From the IMG/VR virus record IMGVR_UViG_3300032240_001333, positions 1-64,000 of that record: DNA of 64,000 nt; one strand, written 5' to 3'. How positions within the stretch are numbered: position 1 is the first letter of the stretch; each line of letters starts with the position of its first letter. The notes beneath the pieces were generated by a model. That model saw nothing but the letters and a program-made list of their open reading frames with translations. It had not been told where the DNA came from and ran no database searches. This document shows, piece by piece, positions 19,004-28,844 of this stretch. Source of the DNA: a virus. A program made the position numbers and the translations under genes.

Positions 19004-20792
19004 TTTTGCAGATATAATAGATATTTTAGATAATGAAGAATTTGAAGAGCGCCCAGTAGATTTAAGAACATTCGTTACCAGTCCAGAATATCTTGGGCTA
19101 CCACCACTTTCAGAGCATCAATATACATTAATTGAAAAATCATCTCAAATTTATAAAGAGTCTACTTTAATTAAGTTATTTGGTGAAGACGAAGGCAGAC
19201 GTATATTTAAACAAACTGCTAATGAAGTTATCGCACAATTAGGTAAAGGTTCTGGAAAAGATTATTCATCTACTATTGCTGTAGCATATATTGTATATTT
19301 GCTGTTATGTCTTAAGGATCCTGCATTATATTATGGAAAACCACCAGGAGATGCAATTGATATTTTAAATATTGCTATTAACGCACAGCAGGCAAATAAT
19401 GTTTTTTTTAAAGGGTTTAAAACACGCATTGAAAAGTCACCATGGTTTGTTGGAAAATATACAGATAAAGCTTCCGAAATGAAGTTTGATAAATCTATTA
19501 CAGTTCATTCTGGTCACTCTGAACGTGAAGCATGGGAAGGCTATAACGTTATTATTGTTATTCTTGACGAAATATCTGGTTTCGCTACAGAAAATACAAC
19601 TGGTCATGATCAAGCAAAAACTGCTGACGCTATATATGATATGTATCGTGCATCGGTAGATTCTCGTTTCCCAGATTTTGGTAAAGTTATTTTGCTTTCA
19701 TTTCCTCGTTTTAAAAATGATCCAATTCAAAAGTTTTATGATTCAGTAATTGCAGAAAAAGAAACAATTACTAGAAGCCATAGATTTAAAATGGATTTAG
19801 ATTTACCTGATGGAACGGAAGGTAATGAGTTTGATATTGAATGGGAAGAAGATCATATAATATCTTATTCTATTCCTAAAGTATATGCATTAAGAAGGCC
19901 AACATGGGAGATCAATCCCACAAGAAGCATTGAAGATTTTAAAGTAGCTTTTTATAAAAACTCTATGGATGCTTTAGGTAGATTTGCTTGCATGCCACCA
20001 GAAGCCATAGATGCATTTTTTAAATCAAGAGAAAAAATTGAAATAGCTTTTAATAATACAGCATTAGCAATTGATCAATTTGGAAGATTTGAAAACTGGT
20101 TTGCCCCAGACCCAGATAAAGATTATTTTATACATGTAGACTTAGCACAAAAACATGACCATTGTGCAGTATCTTTAGCACATGTACAAAAATGGGTTAA
20201 TGTGAAGTTAACGGATACATACTCACAACCAGCACCAATTGTAGAAGTTGATGCAGTAAGATATTGGACACCAACAGCAGATAAATCTGTAGATTTTACT
20301 GAGGTTAAAGATTATATATTATCTTTAAGAACAAAAGGATTTAAAATAAAAGTTTGTACATTTGACCGATGGAACTCTCATGACATGATGCAACAACTAA
20401 AACAATATGGCATCAATACAGAGATTCTGTCGGTCGCTAAAAAACATTATGATGATATGGCAATGGTCGTTTTAGAAGAAAGATTAAAAGGTCCACATAT
20501 TCCATTATTAATAGATGAACTTTTACAATTAAAAATTATGAGAGATAGGGTTGACCACCCAAGAAAAGGTTCTAAAGACTTAGCAGATGCTGTTTGTGGA
20601 TCAATATATAATGCTATTAGTAAAACAAGATTTGAGTCAAATAATGAAATTAAAATTCATACATACGAATCTATGAGTTTTGATAATGACTTTAACCCAA
20701 CACAAGAAGAAGAGTTTGTACAAAATATGATCAGGGCACCAAGGATGCCAGATCATTTAGCAGAATCCTTAGAAAGAATGACAACGTTATGA
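18993..20792 (+). CDS. terL: Terminase large subunit
   Basis: GKGSGKD Walker A, ILDE Walker B, nuclease motifs HVDLA, FDRW, DLADA. Confidence 0.88.
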   Translation: MSFDFADIIDILDNEEFEERPVDLRTFVTSPEYLGLPPLSEHQYTLIEKSSQIYKESTLIKLFGEDEGRRIFKQTANEVIAQLGKGSGKDYSSTIAVAYIVYLLLCLKDPALYYGKPPGDAIDILNIAINAQQANNVFFKGFKTRIEKSPWFVGKYTDKASEMKFDKSITVHSGHSEREAWEGYNVIIVILDEISGFATENTTGHDQAKTADAIYDMYRASVDSRFPDFGKVILLSFPRFKNDPIQKFYDSVIAEKETITRSHRFKMDLDLPDGTEGNEFDIEWEEDHIISYSIPKVYALRRPTWEINPTRSIEDFKVAFYKNSMDALGRFACMPPEAIDAFFKSREKIEIAFNNTALAIDQFGRFENWFAPDPDKDYFIHVDLAQKHDHCAVSLAHVQKWVNVKLTDTYSQPAPIVEVDAVRYWTPTADKSVDFTEVKDYILSLRTKGFKIKVCTFDRWNSHDMMQQLKQYGINTEILSVAKKHYDDMAMVVLEERLKGPHIPLLIDELLQLKIMRDRVDHPRKGSKDLADAVCGSIYNAISKTRFESNNEIKIHTYESMSFDNDFNPTQEEEFVQNMIRAPRMPDHLAESLERMTTL

Positions 20793-21034
20793 GTGAATAT
20801 CAAGAAAAAGCAAAAGAATGTAAATGTTGTGGAAAACATGTACCACTTCCAACTGTATTAAAAGAGTATAATGGAATTATGGTATGCCCAACTACATTTT
20901 CAAACATTACAGAATATACTAGAATATGGAATAGTTTAGGACATAGACCAGCTGGAAATATTAGAAAACATTTTTCAGAGTATGTTCAGCAAATAGTTGA
21001 AAGATCAATGACGGAGGCAAAAAATGATATCTAG
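20789..21034 (+). CDS. Hypothetical Cys-containing protein
   Basis: ORF coupled to terL. Confidence 0.55.
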   Translation: MSEYQEKAKECKCCGKHVPLPTVLKEYNGIMVCPTTFSNITEYTRIWNSLGHRPAGNIRKHFSEYVQQIVERSMTEAKNDI

Positions 21035-21668
21035 TTTTATTGAAAATAATTATCAAGTTAAAGAATTTATGGATCAGGTATTTATTGTAGAGAACTTTAT
21101 AACTGAAGAAGAGCAAAATTTTTTAATGAATTTAGCCGAAACAAGCACTCAAAAAGATTGGGAAAAAGAATATACTAAAAATTTAAAAAATTTTTGTATG
21201 GAAAAGTTTGGCAGAGATGATGTCGATAATTTAGTTAAAGAAGGTAAATTTGAAATAACTGAAAATTGGTCCGATAAAATTATTGCAATACATCAAACTA
21301 CTGCATCTAAAAATATTACATCTAGATTAAAAGATGTTTTAAAAACATATGAACATTTAGATATAAGGGGTTTTGGAAGCGTACAAAGACAAACAGAAGG
21401 TATTCCTTTAAAAGCACATACTGACATACATACAGATCCATCCATTCAATATGCATCAATTATTTATTTAAATGATGACTATAATGGTGGAGAATTTTAT
21501 TTTGTAAATAAAGATTTTGAAATAAAACCACCAGCTAGATCTTTATTAATTTTTCCAGGAACTGATGAATTTGAACATGGAGTAAATTCACCACAAGCTG
21601 GACCAATTAGGTATGTATTGCCTGGATTTATTCATACAAAAGGTTTCTACGAAAATAATAAATTTTAA
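21024..21668 (+). CDS. 2OG-Fe(II) oxygenase
   Basis: HTD...YLNDDYNGGEF...HGV...R. Confidence 0.87.
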   Translation: MISSFIENNYQVKEFMDQVFIVENFITEEEQNFLMNLAETSTQKDWEKEYTKNLKNFCMEKFGRDDVDNLVKEGKFEITENWSDKIIAIHQTTASKNITSRLKDVLKTYEHLDIRGFGSVQRQTEGIPLKAHTDIHTDPSIQYASIIYLNDDYNGGEFYFVNKDFEIKPPARSLLIFPGTDEFEHGVNSPQAGPIRYVLPGFIHTKGFYENNKF

Positions 21669-21715
21669 TATTATTGACTGTTGTATATTTAATATATATA
21701 ATGATATTATTATGA

Positions 21716-21789
21716 GCAACAGTAGCTTAGTTGGTTAAAGCCCCGAACTCATAATTCGGTAATCGTAGGTTCAAGTCCTACCTGTTGCA
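21716..21789 (+). tRNA. tRNA with CAT anticodon (Met, or Ile2)
   Basis: Acceptor GCAACAG/CTGTTGC, anticodon arm CCGAA-CTCATAA-TTCGG, T arm GTAGG-TTCAAGT-CCTAC; CCA not encoded. Confidence 0.92.
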
Positions 21790-21801
21790 CAAGGAGATAT
21801 T

Positions 21802-22092
21802 ATGGATAGTTATGATGAAAGATTAGCATACTATATTGAAATAGGTGCAATAGATCCTGTAGGATTAGACAAAGACGGAGAAGTAATATTTCAAGTTACA
21901 GAAAAGGCAAAAGATTTAATACCAGAAATATGGGAAGCCCATACTCAATATGTTGATGAAATTTTAATTGATTTATTTGAAAAAGACCTTATATCTGTAG
22001 AGTACAATGAAAATTTAGAGGCAAATATTAGTTTAACAGATGAAGCAAGAAAAATAATACAAGAAAAAGGAATTATTGACCTAGAAGAATAG
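21802..22092 (+). CDS. Acidic hypothetical protein
   Basis: AAGGAG RBS. Confidence 0.6.
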   Translation: MDSYDERLAYYIEIGAIDPVGLDKDGEVIFQVTEKAKDLIPEIWEAHTQYVDEILIDLFEKDLISVEYNENLEANISLTDEARKIIQEKGIIDLEE

Positions 22093-22127
22093 GTCTTTTA
22101 GGCAACTGGGGATGGTATACTAAGATC

Positions 22128-22577
22128 ATGGAAGAATTAATTTACAGACTAAGACAATGGCAGGCAAATTCTCTTGTCCTGTATTCAACTGCACATGGAT
22201 TCCACTGGAATGTTGAAGGTGCATTATTTACACAGTATCATGAATTTTTTGAAAAAATTTATACCGATGTTTTTGAATCAATTGATACAATTGCTGAATG
22301 GCAACGTAAGTTTCAAAGTCCAGCTCCATTCACATTACAACAATTTACATCTTTAAATACATATGGAGATATTCCAACAGGTTATACATCTCCACTTGTA
22401 ATGTCAGAAGCATTATTACTTATGATTGAAAAAATGATTGAAGATGTAAAATCTTTATTTGATATTGCCACCGCCAATAGAGAACAGGGGTTAGCAAATT
22501 TTGCTGCTGATCGTCAAGATAAACTAGAGTTTTGGGCATGGTGGTTACGCTCAAGTATTAAATCAACAATTAACTAG
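22128..22577 (+). CDS. dps: Dps/ferritin-like DNA protection protein, leaderless
   Basis: HGFHWNVEG..F...H.FFE..Y......D.IAE; TATACT just upstream of ATG. Confidence 0.88.
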   Translation: MEELIYRLRQWQANSLVLYSTAHGFHWNVEGALFTQYHEFFEKIYTDVFESIDTIAEWQRKFQSPAPFTLQQFTSLNTYGDIPTGYTSPLVMSEALLLMIEKMIEDVKSLFDIATANREQGLANFAADRQDKLEFWAWWLRSSIKSTIN

Positions 22578-22585
22578 GAGTTAAT

Positions 22586-22768
22586 ATGCCATACAATATC
22601 AAGCAAGGCGCAGCAGGATGTAAAGGCTGGGCAGTAGTAAATGATAAAGGTGAACTAAAAGGTTGCCATCCAAGTAAATCAAGAGCATTAGCACATCAAA
22701 GAGCCTTATACGCAGCAACTGCAAATGAACAAAAAATGGCTGAACAAAAAAAGAAACGTATATTGTAA
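22586..22768 (+). CDS. Small basic hypothetical protein
   Basis: AGGAG RBS; GCH motif. Confidence 0.6.
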   Translation: MPYNIKQGAAGCKGWAVVNDKGELKGCHPSKSRALAHQRALYAATANEQKMAEQKKKRIL

Positions 22769-22794
22769 AAAAATAAAGTATTTGATATACTTAT

Positions 22795-22856
22795 ATACGG
22801 ACCGCTCAAATGAGGGTCCGTATATTAATTTATTCGCTTGAAGGAGGAATAAAATG
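22795..22856 (+). promoter_or_regulatory. ROSE-like RNA thermometer in the hsp20 5'UTR
   Basis: Long 5' hairpin, then TTTATTCGCTTGAAGGAGGAATAAA hairpin covering the SD and containing U(U/C)GCU. Confidence 0.6.
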
Positions 22857-23261
22857 GTAACAAAACTTGCTATGGATCTTTTTAATGATCCATTTTTTAT
22901 TGGGTGGGATACAAATTTTGCAAAAATGCAATCTTCAAATTCTAACTATCCAATTTATGATTTAGTTAAATTCGATAACGGTTCCTACGGAATTAGTCTG
23001 GCAGTTGCTGGATTTGAACGTAGTGATATTAAAGTATATGTTGAAAATAATACTTTAGTTATTGAAGGTGAACTTCATGGAGAACACTGGGATGGTGAAT
23101 ATATTCATGAGGGCATTGCTAAAAGAAACTTTCAAAGATCATTCTCATTAGGAGAATATATGGAAGTTACTGAAGCTGAAATGAAAGATGGAATGCTCTA
23201 TATATCAATTGATAAGAATGTTCCAGAAGCAAAAAAGCCAAAGACTATTAAAATAAAATAA
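22854..23261 (+). CDS. hsp20: Small heat-shock protein (Hsp20/IbpA-like)
   Basis: NYP.YDL, LAVAGF, YIHEGIAKRNFQRSF.L, DGML.I. Confidence 0.92.
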   Translation: MVTKLAMDLFNDPFFIGWDTNFAKMQSSNSNYPIYDLVKFDNGSYGISLAVAGFERSDIKVYVENNTLVIEGELHGEHWDGEYIHEGIAKRNFQRSFSLGEYMEVTEAEMKDGMLYISIDKNVPEAKKPKTIKIK

Positions 23262-23277
23262 ACAATAGTATAATATA

Positions 23278-23361
23278 AGTCTGCATCCCGTCACTGGGAA
23301 GTCGCAGGCTATTCGGGTCGCTACCCGAAGGATACACCTGAGCATGTGTATAAACTGCTCC
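23278..23361 (+). ncRNA. Structured RNA: two hairpins plus an H-type pseudoknot
   Basis: TATAAT at 23269; AGTCTGC/GCAGGCT, TTCGGGT/ACCCGAA, ATACAC/GTGTAT with loop GAGCA pairing to downstream TGCTC. Confidence 0.65.
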
Positions 23362-23379
23362 TTAACATTAAGGATTATT

Positions 23380-23565
23380 ATGCCAACGTATGAGTATAAA
23401 TGCATGAATAATAAAACTCACACCATTGAAGAACAAAGATCAATAGATGACAGAGATTTACCAACCACATGTTCATGTGGATCTGATATGTCAAGAGTTT
23501 TAGTTGGTAGCGTAGGTATTCAGTTTAAAGGAACTGGTTTTTACAAAACAGATAATCCTAAGTAA
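23380..23565 (+). CDS. FmdB-family zinc-ribbon protein
   Basis: MPTYEYKC...CSCG...FKGTGFY.TD; start moved to MPTY behind AAGGA. Confidence 0.8.
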   Translation: MPTYEYKCMNNKTHTIEEQRSIDDRDLPTTCSCGSDMSRVLVGSVGIQFKGTGFYKTDNPK

Positions 23566-23625
23566 CTAAGATTATTTAAATAAAGATACATGATATAATT
23601 TCAATGTAACAAAAAGTTTGTTGCA

Positions 23626-25188
23626 TTGGAGACCCAATTGAGTAGAAAGTTAAAACTATTACTAGTCAGCCTATTATCATTTGGCTGGCTTTTTGCAATT
23701 AATACTGAATCATCAAATTCTGTTTGTATTAATACTTCACAGGCTGCAACGATTGCAGCTGCTGCTACACCTACTGCTCCTGGAGATACTCCAACTGTTA
23801 CCGTATTAGAAACTTGTGGCGGAGACGACATTTCCTATTCAGTACCAATTACTGCAACGGTAACATTTGATGGTCGTCAATATGATTCTGTATATGCAAC
23901 GACCAACTCAGTAATTACTTTTGGTGCCCCAGACGGCACCTACTGGCAATATCCTCAGACACCATCTATTTCTTTATATAGTATGGACTGGGTTGCTTAT
24001 CCACGAACTTGTATTGCTCCATGTGTTAGACCATGGGAACATGATGATGAGCATTTTATTATTAGTTCTAGTGATGGTGGCTTTCAAGTAGATTTATCAG
24101 CAAGACCATATTGGATGCAAAATGCTGCTGAAGCAACTAACATTGTTATTACTGCTGCAATAAATGCAAATGGAACTGTTGCAATATCTTATGCTGTAAA
24201 TGGACCTACTTATACAGGTCAAACAAGAACTGGTGTTACATTAAATAATGGAAATGTAGTTACTCTTGAAGAATATGGTGTTGTACGTGTAGAAACACCT
24301 GTTGTTCTTACACCAACAGTGGTTGAAACACCTACAGTAGTTATTGAAACACCAACTGTTATTGTTGATACTTCGACTTCAACTGTTGATAGTGGTTCTG
24401 TAACTGTGGATACTCAAACTTCCCAAACTGATACGTCAACGGCTCCAACAACTCAACCTGTTTCTCCAACTCCACCAGCGCCAGTTGAACCCGCTCCTGC
24501 AATTGAGCCACTTCCTCCTGTAGTGGAACCTGCTCCAGAACCTGCTCCAGTTGTTGAACCTGCGCCGCAACCAGACCCAGAACCTGCGCCTGCTCCTGCG
24601 CCAGAAGAAGCACCCGCTCCTGAGCCTGCTCCAGAGCCTGAACCAATTCCTGAAGTTGCACCTGAACCTCCTTCTGTTGAAAGTGTAGTAAGTGATGCTA
24701 TGGCAGATGGAAAATTAACGGATGCTGAAAAAGAAATAATTGCTGATGCGCTTATTGCTGATGCTCTTGTTAATGGAACAGCCGTTACTGCAGAAGATAT
24801 AAAAAATGCAGGTCTTACATATGCTGATTTACCACCAGAAACTCCAGTTGAAGTTAGAACTGATGCTCATGGAAATGAAGTTATTATTACTGCAGAAGTT
24901 GCTGCAAATTTAGAATTAGTACAAGATCCTGGAGCATTATTAAATGCAGTATTTACAAATCCAGCAGAAGCATTAGCAGCATTAGGTAGTTTGGGTGCAG
25001 ATATGAGCCCACAAGAAAGAGCAAAAGCAGAAGATATGGTTGTAGCAACAGTAGTTGCAACAGGAGCAGCAATAAATGCAGTAACAGTAGCTTCAGGACC
25101 AAGTACTCCATCAAATAATAGATCATCTAACGGATCATCTGGTGGTACTAATTCTGGAGGTTCAAGAAGGAGGAACGAAAGATGGTAA
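23626..25188 (+). CDS. Secreted or membrane Pro/Thr-rich protein with a (PE/PA)n linker
   Basis: N-terminal signal-like segment, long PAPEPAP repeats, C-terminal hydrophobic stretch. Confidence 0.7.
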   Translation: METQLSRKLKLLLVSLLSFGWLFAINTESSNSVCINTSQAATIAAAATPTAPGDTPTVTVLETCGGDDISYSVPITATVTFDGRQYDSVYATTNSVITFGAPDGTYWQYPQTPSISLYSMDWVAYPRTCIAPCVRPWEHDDEHFIISSSDGGFQVDLSARPYWMQNAAEATNIVITAAINANGTVAISYAVNGPTYTGQTRTGVTLNNGNVVTLEEYGVVRVETPVVLTPTVVETPTVVIETPTVIVDTSTSTVDSGSVTVDTQTSQTDTSTAPTTQPVSPTPPAPVEPAPAIEPLPPVVEPAPEPAPVVEPAPQPDPEPAPAPAPEEAPAPEPAPEPEPIPEVAPEPPSVESVVSDAMADGKLTDAEKEIIADALIADALVNGTAVTAEDIKNAGLTYADLPPETPVEVRTDAHGNEVIITAEVAANLELVQDPGALLNAVFTNPAEALAALGSLGADMSPQERAKAEDMVVATVVATGAAINAVTVASGPSTPSNNRSSNGSSGGTNSGGSRRRNERW

Positions 25189-25365
25189 ATTTCATTAAAG
25201 ATATGCTAGATCAAGCATGGACTCTATTAGGTATGTTTGTAGCTTGGCTAGTATTAGAAGGAAGCGCTAAAACCGTTACTGGGTATGCAATTATTCTAAC
25301 TAGCTTTATTTGGGCTCTTACATACCCTTTACGCACAAAAGACGAAAATTAGGTATAATGGGTAT

Positions 25366-25587
25366 ATGAAAAAAATTACCCGTATTGCCCTATCTGGCAT
25401 ATTAATGCTATCATTAACCTCATGCGGATATGATGGTGGATATCGTTATTCATGTCAAGATCCAGCAAATTGGGGAAAAGCAGAGTGCAACCCTCCAATT
25501 TGTGAACCTTCTGGAATATGTTCAAAAGATCTAGTAGGTAAAGCAACATGGGACGAATATCAGAAAACAAAGGTAAATAATGGCTAG
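25366..25587 (+). CDS. Small Cys-rich lipoprotein, leaderless
   Basis: Lipobox LTSC; TATAAT just upstream of ATG. Confidence 0.7.
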   Translation: MKKITRIALSGILMLSLTSCGYDGGYRYSCQDPANWGKAECNPPICEPSGICSKDLVGKATWDEYQKTKVNNG

Positions 25588-25993
25588 ACGTGAAAGATTA
25601 ACACCAGCAGAATTAGATGCTAGATTAAAATTTATTTTAGGTATTACATTGGGAACAATTTTATTATGTACAGCATTAGGAATTCTTTACGGCCTTTTGT
25701 TTGTTACTCAACCAGTAGGTGCACAATCAGAAAATGATAAAATGTTTTTTAATGTGTTAGGATCAGTAGCAACATTTATTACAGGAACATTGGCGGGTCT
25801 ATTAATTGGACAATCAGGTGCTAAAGATATTATGAAGGCACAACTTGATAATAAAGAAATGGATTCTAAAAATACTTTAGCAGATAAAAAATTAGAAGCA
25901 GAAATTGATGAAGCAGCAGCTCGTAGAGCAGCAAAAGATCCTTCACAAGTTCCACCAGAGCACCCAATTGATGATGATTGGAATAAAAAATAA
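25580..25993 (+). CDS. Two-TM membrane protein, possible holin or lysis accessory
   Basis: Two hydrophobic segments; directly upstream of the endolysin. Confidence 0.55.
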   Translation: MARRERLTPAELDARLKFILGITLGTILLCTALGILYGLLFVTQPVGAQSENDKMFFNVLGSVATFITGTLAGLLIGQSGAKDIMKAQLDNKEMDSKNTLADKKLEAEIDEAAARRAAKDPSQVPPEHPIDDDWNKK

Positions 25994-25995
25994 TC

Positions 25996-26499
25996 ATGGC
26001 TTCATTAGGTACAGCAGCAAAATTAATTGAAGTTGCAGAACAAGAAGTAGGAACAGTTGAAGGTCCTAAAGATAATGAAACTAAGTATGGTAAATTTACT
26101 AAAGTAGATTTTGCTCCATGGTGTGGTTCATTTGTTATGTGGTGTGCCAATCAAGCAGGAGTTAAAGTTCCAAATACTGTTCATACTCCAACAGGTGCAG
26201 CAGCATTTAAAAAAGCTAATGCGTGGATTGATGGAGATCTAGCAGATCCAGAGCCAGGAGATATTGCATATTTTGATTTTCCAGCAGATGGTGTAGATCG
26301 TATTAGTCACGTTGGAATTGTTGTTAAAGACAATGAAGACGGAACAGTTTGGTGTATTGAAGGAAATACTTCTGGTAACCCTAAAGGCAGCCAAAGAAAT
26401 GGTGGAGAAGTAGCCAAAAAACTTCGTGCATTTAGAAAAAATAAAAAAGGTGTACAAATTTCAATAGTTGGATTTGGAAGACCTGTCTTTAAAAAATAA
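25996..26499 (+). CDS. CHAP-domain peptidoglycan hydrolase (endolysin)
   Basis: PWCGSFV, PGD, HVGIV, IEGNT. Confidence 0.85.
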   Translation: MASLGTAAKLIEVAEQEVGTVEGPKDNETKYGKFTKVDFAPWCGSFVMWCANQAGVKVPNTVHTPTGAAAFKKANAWIDGDLADPEPGDIAYFDFPADGVDRISHVGIVVKDNEDGTVWCIEGNTSGNPKGSQRNGGEVAKKLRAFRKNKKGVQISIVGFGRPVFKK

Positions 26500-26641
26500 T
26501 GAATGTTTATAAAGTAAAATTAGAAGTAGAGGTAGAAGTAGAAGCCTTTGATGAAAATGATGCTTTAGATTATTCAAATGATATATTTGGCATAGATGAT
26601 GAAATAACAAACGTTAAAGTAATTAATATTAAGGAGAAATA

Positions 26642-27748
26642 ATGGCTAAAGAAGGATACAAACCAACCGCAGGAATGCAGTCAGCAGCACGTCGTGCTAT
26701 TAAATTAAAAGAGCAAGGCAAAGCAAAAGGTGCTGGTACAGCAGTAGGATGGACTCGTGCAGGACAACTTGCTAGAGGAGAATCTTTAAGTTTAGATACA
26801 GTAAAAAGAATGTATTCTTTCTTTTCACGCCATGAAGTAGATAAAAAAGGTAAGGACTGGGGTAACGCAGAAAATCCATCAAATGGAAAAATTATGTGGT
26901 TAGCTTGGGGCGGAGATGCAGGATTTTCTTGGTCAAGAGCAATTGTAAACCGTGAAAAGAATAAAGTTAATAAAGCATACGGCAATGAGATTGTAGAAGA
27001 AATTAAATCAATGTTTGATGATGTCATTGATCCAATTACAGAAGAAATTCAAATTGATGATACAGAAGAAATTCAAAAAGCATTAAGAGCAGAAGTTTCT
27101 AGAGAGCAATTGTATGAATTAGTACAACATTTACATGAGGCAATTGAAGCCTTAGTTGAAACTCCAGACACTATAGAAGAAGATGATATGGCGGAAGAGT
27201 CTGATATTATGATCGAAGATGCTAATCCAGGAAACCCAGCTCCAATAGGAGATCCCGATAAAAATCCTATTAATTGGCCAATTGCTAAATCTGAAGAAAT
27301 GGAAGATTTAAATAAAGCCAAAGATAAATATGATAATGTAATTAAACCTAGAAAAGGTGAACCAGCAGATAAAGAATTATATGCCAGGATTATTGCTGAA
27401 GCTAAAAGAAAATTTGATGTATATCCATCTGCATATGCAAATGGATGGGTAGTTCAAGAATATAAAAAGCGTGGAGGAACATATAAAGTGTCAAAAAATA
27501 TATTTGAAGGATCATTTGACCCATATGATTTAGTAAAACGTAAATTTAGTCCTGAGTCAAGAAGAAGAATGGCAGATTCAGGAAATGCAATGCCAGATGG
27601 ATCTTATCCAATTGGCAATAAACAGGATTTAATGAATGCTATTCGTTCATGGGGACGTGGCGGATCAGATCCAAAAGTTAAAGCACATATCAAGCGTCGT
27701 GCAAAGGAATTAGGCGCCGAAGATATGATTCCAGAAAATTGGAAATAA
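26642..27748 (+). CDS. Multidomain phage protein with basic modules and an acidic linker; possibly head-associated
   Basis: RM.SFF.RH...W.AWGG, YPSAYA....QEYKKRGG and MPDGSYPI modules. Confidence 0.5.
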   Translation: MAKEGYKPTAGMQSAARRAIKLKEQGKAKGAGTAVGWTRAGQLARGESLSLDTVKRMYSFFSRHEVDKKGKDWGNAENPSNGKIMWLAWGGDAGFSWSRAIVNREKNKVNKAYGNEIVEEIKSMFDDVIDPITEEIQIDDTEEIQKALRAEVSREQLYELVQHLHEAIEALVETPDTIEEDDMAEESDIMIEDANPGNPAPIGDPDKNPINWPIAKSEEMEDLNKAKDKYDNVIKPRKGEPADKELYARIIAEAKRKFDVYPSAYANGWVVQEYKKRGGTYKVSKNIFEGSFDPYDLVKRKFSPESRRRMADSGNAMPDGSYPIGNKQDLMNAIRSWGRGGSDPKVKAHIKRRAKELGAEDMIPENWK

Positions 27749-27827
27749 TTATAAAAAACAGTTGACAAGGCTTAAAAAATCCCTGTATAATAGTATGCAG
27801 GGATTCGCCCTTTATATTTAAGGAAAA

Positions 27828-28058
27828 ATGTTACATTTAAACGAACTTGGTGTAAACGTATTTATAAATAAATATAAATCATTAGTAAATGAAGCTTATT
27901 GGAATAATTACGATTTAATTATTTGGAAAAAAAATCAAAATGGATTTTTTAATGTAAAAGGAATGTTTAAAAATTCTTGGGGCACAGCAGATAAAGTATC
28001 TGTAAATTATAATGGAATGTGGGTTTTACCAAAACAATATGTCAAATATTTTAAATGA
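27828..28058 (+). CDS. Hypothetical protein
   Basis: Preceded by TTGACA-N18-TATAAT and AAGGA. Confidence 0.6.
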   Translation: MLHLNELGVNVFINKYKSLVNEAYWNNYDLIIWKKNQNGFFNVKGMFKNSWGTADKVSVNYNGMWVLPKQYVKYFK

Positions 28059-28350
28059 TTTAGGTGTTGATAAAGACGATCTGGATTGGTGGCACCTTTC
28101 AGTATGTCGTGGCATGGATACTAATTTATTTTATGATAAATATGAAAATGATCCAAAGATTGCAAAAAATATAGATGAGGCATGTCTAGCGTGTCCAGTA
28201 ATATCTATGTGTTATAAAAATGGAGTTAGCAATAATGAATACGGAGTATGGGGCGGAGTTTATTTAAGTTCTGGCGCAATAGATAAAGCTAGAAATATTC
28301 ATAAAACACCAGACGTATGGAAAAAATTAAAGGCAAAGAATGTTCATTGA
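28039..28350 (+). CDS. whiB: WhiB-family Fe-S transcription factor
   Basis: C...CLAC PVISM C and GVWGG signature; likely start MSNIL. Confidence 0.88.
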   Translation: MSNILNDLGVDKDDLDWWHLSVCRGMDTNLFYDKYENDPKIAKNIDEACLACPVISMCYKNGVSNNEYGVWGGVYLSSGAIDKARNIHKTPDVWKKLKAKNVH

Positions 28351-28657
28351 TAAAAACAAAGATCATTTTAAATATGGAATTAACCAATGGACTGGGGAAC
28401 CAAACAAACCAGTTTTTTATACACCAGAAATGGCAAAAGCTTTAAGAGGAATAACTAAACCAGTAAACAACTTACAAATGGATGTTGTTAAATATCCAGA
28501 ATTTTTAGCATTAAGATTATATGAAGATAACTTTATACAATTTGAAGGAGTTAAAAAAGAAATGGTCATTGATTATGTAGCAAAAGCAAAAAAGCTAATT
28601 GAATCATATGGCGTAAGATGCGTGCTGGAAGGAGTCCCTAGTGAAAGAGTACTATGA
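28340..28657 (+). CDS. Hypothetical protein
   Basis: Overlapping operon ORF. Confidence 0.6.
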   Translation: MFIDKNKDHFKYGINQWTGEPNKPVFYTPEMAKALRGITKPVNNLQMDVVKYPEFLALRLYEDNFIQFEGVKKEMVIDYVAKAKKLIESYGVRCVLEGVPSERVL

Positions 28658-28844
28658 TAGAGTTTTAATAGTTTTTATTCACGATATGGGAATATATGGA
28701 TCTACAGAAAAATTAGGAGCATTTGCTTCTATAATTAAATATACAATAAATGGAGTGGAGCATGAAGAGTTGATTGATAATGATGAATTTGCAATCATGG
28801 ATGAGTTAGTATTTACACACGTAGAAGAGGATTATAATGGATAA
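28641..28844 (+). CDS. Hypothetical protein
   Basis: AAGGAG RBS. Confidence 0.55.
   Translation: MKEYYDRVLIVFIHDMGIYGSTEKLGAFASIIKYTINGVEHEELIDNDEFAIMDELVFTHVEEDYNG

Noticed and set aside
23344-23379. N-terminal extension of the FmdB-type ORF
   Set aside because: Overlaps the pseudoknot; the family starts at MPTYEY, which has an RBS
24359-24661. Q/E/L-rich antisense ORF (similarly 57203..57481 and the alternate-frame 57338..57538)
   Set aside because: Shadow frames of Pro-rich and collagen repeats
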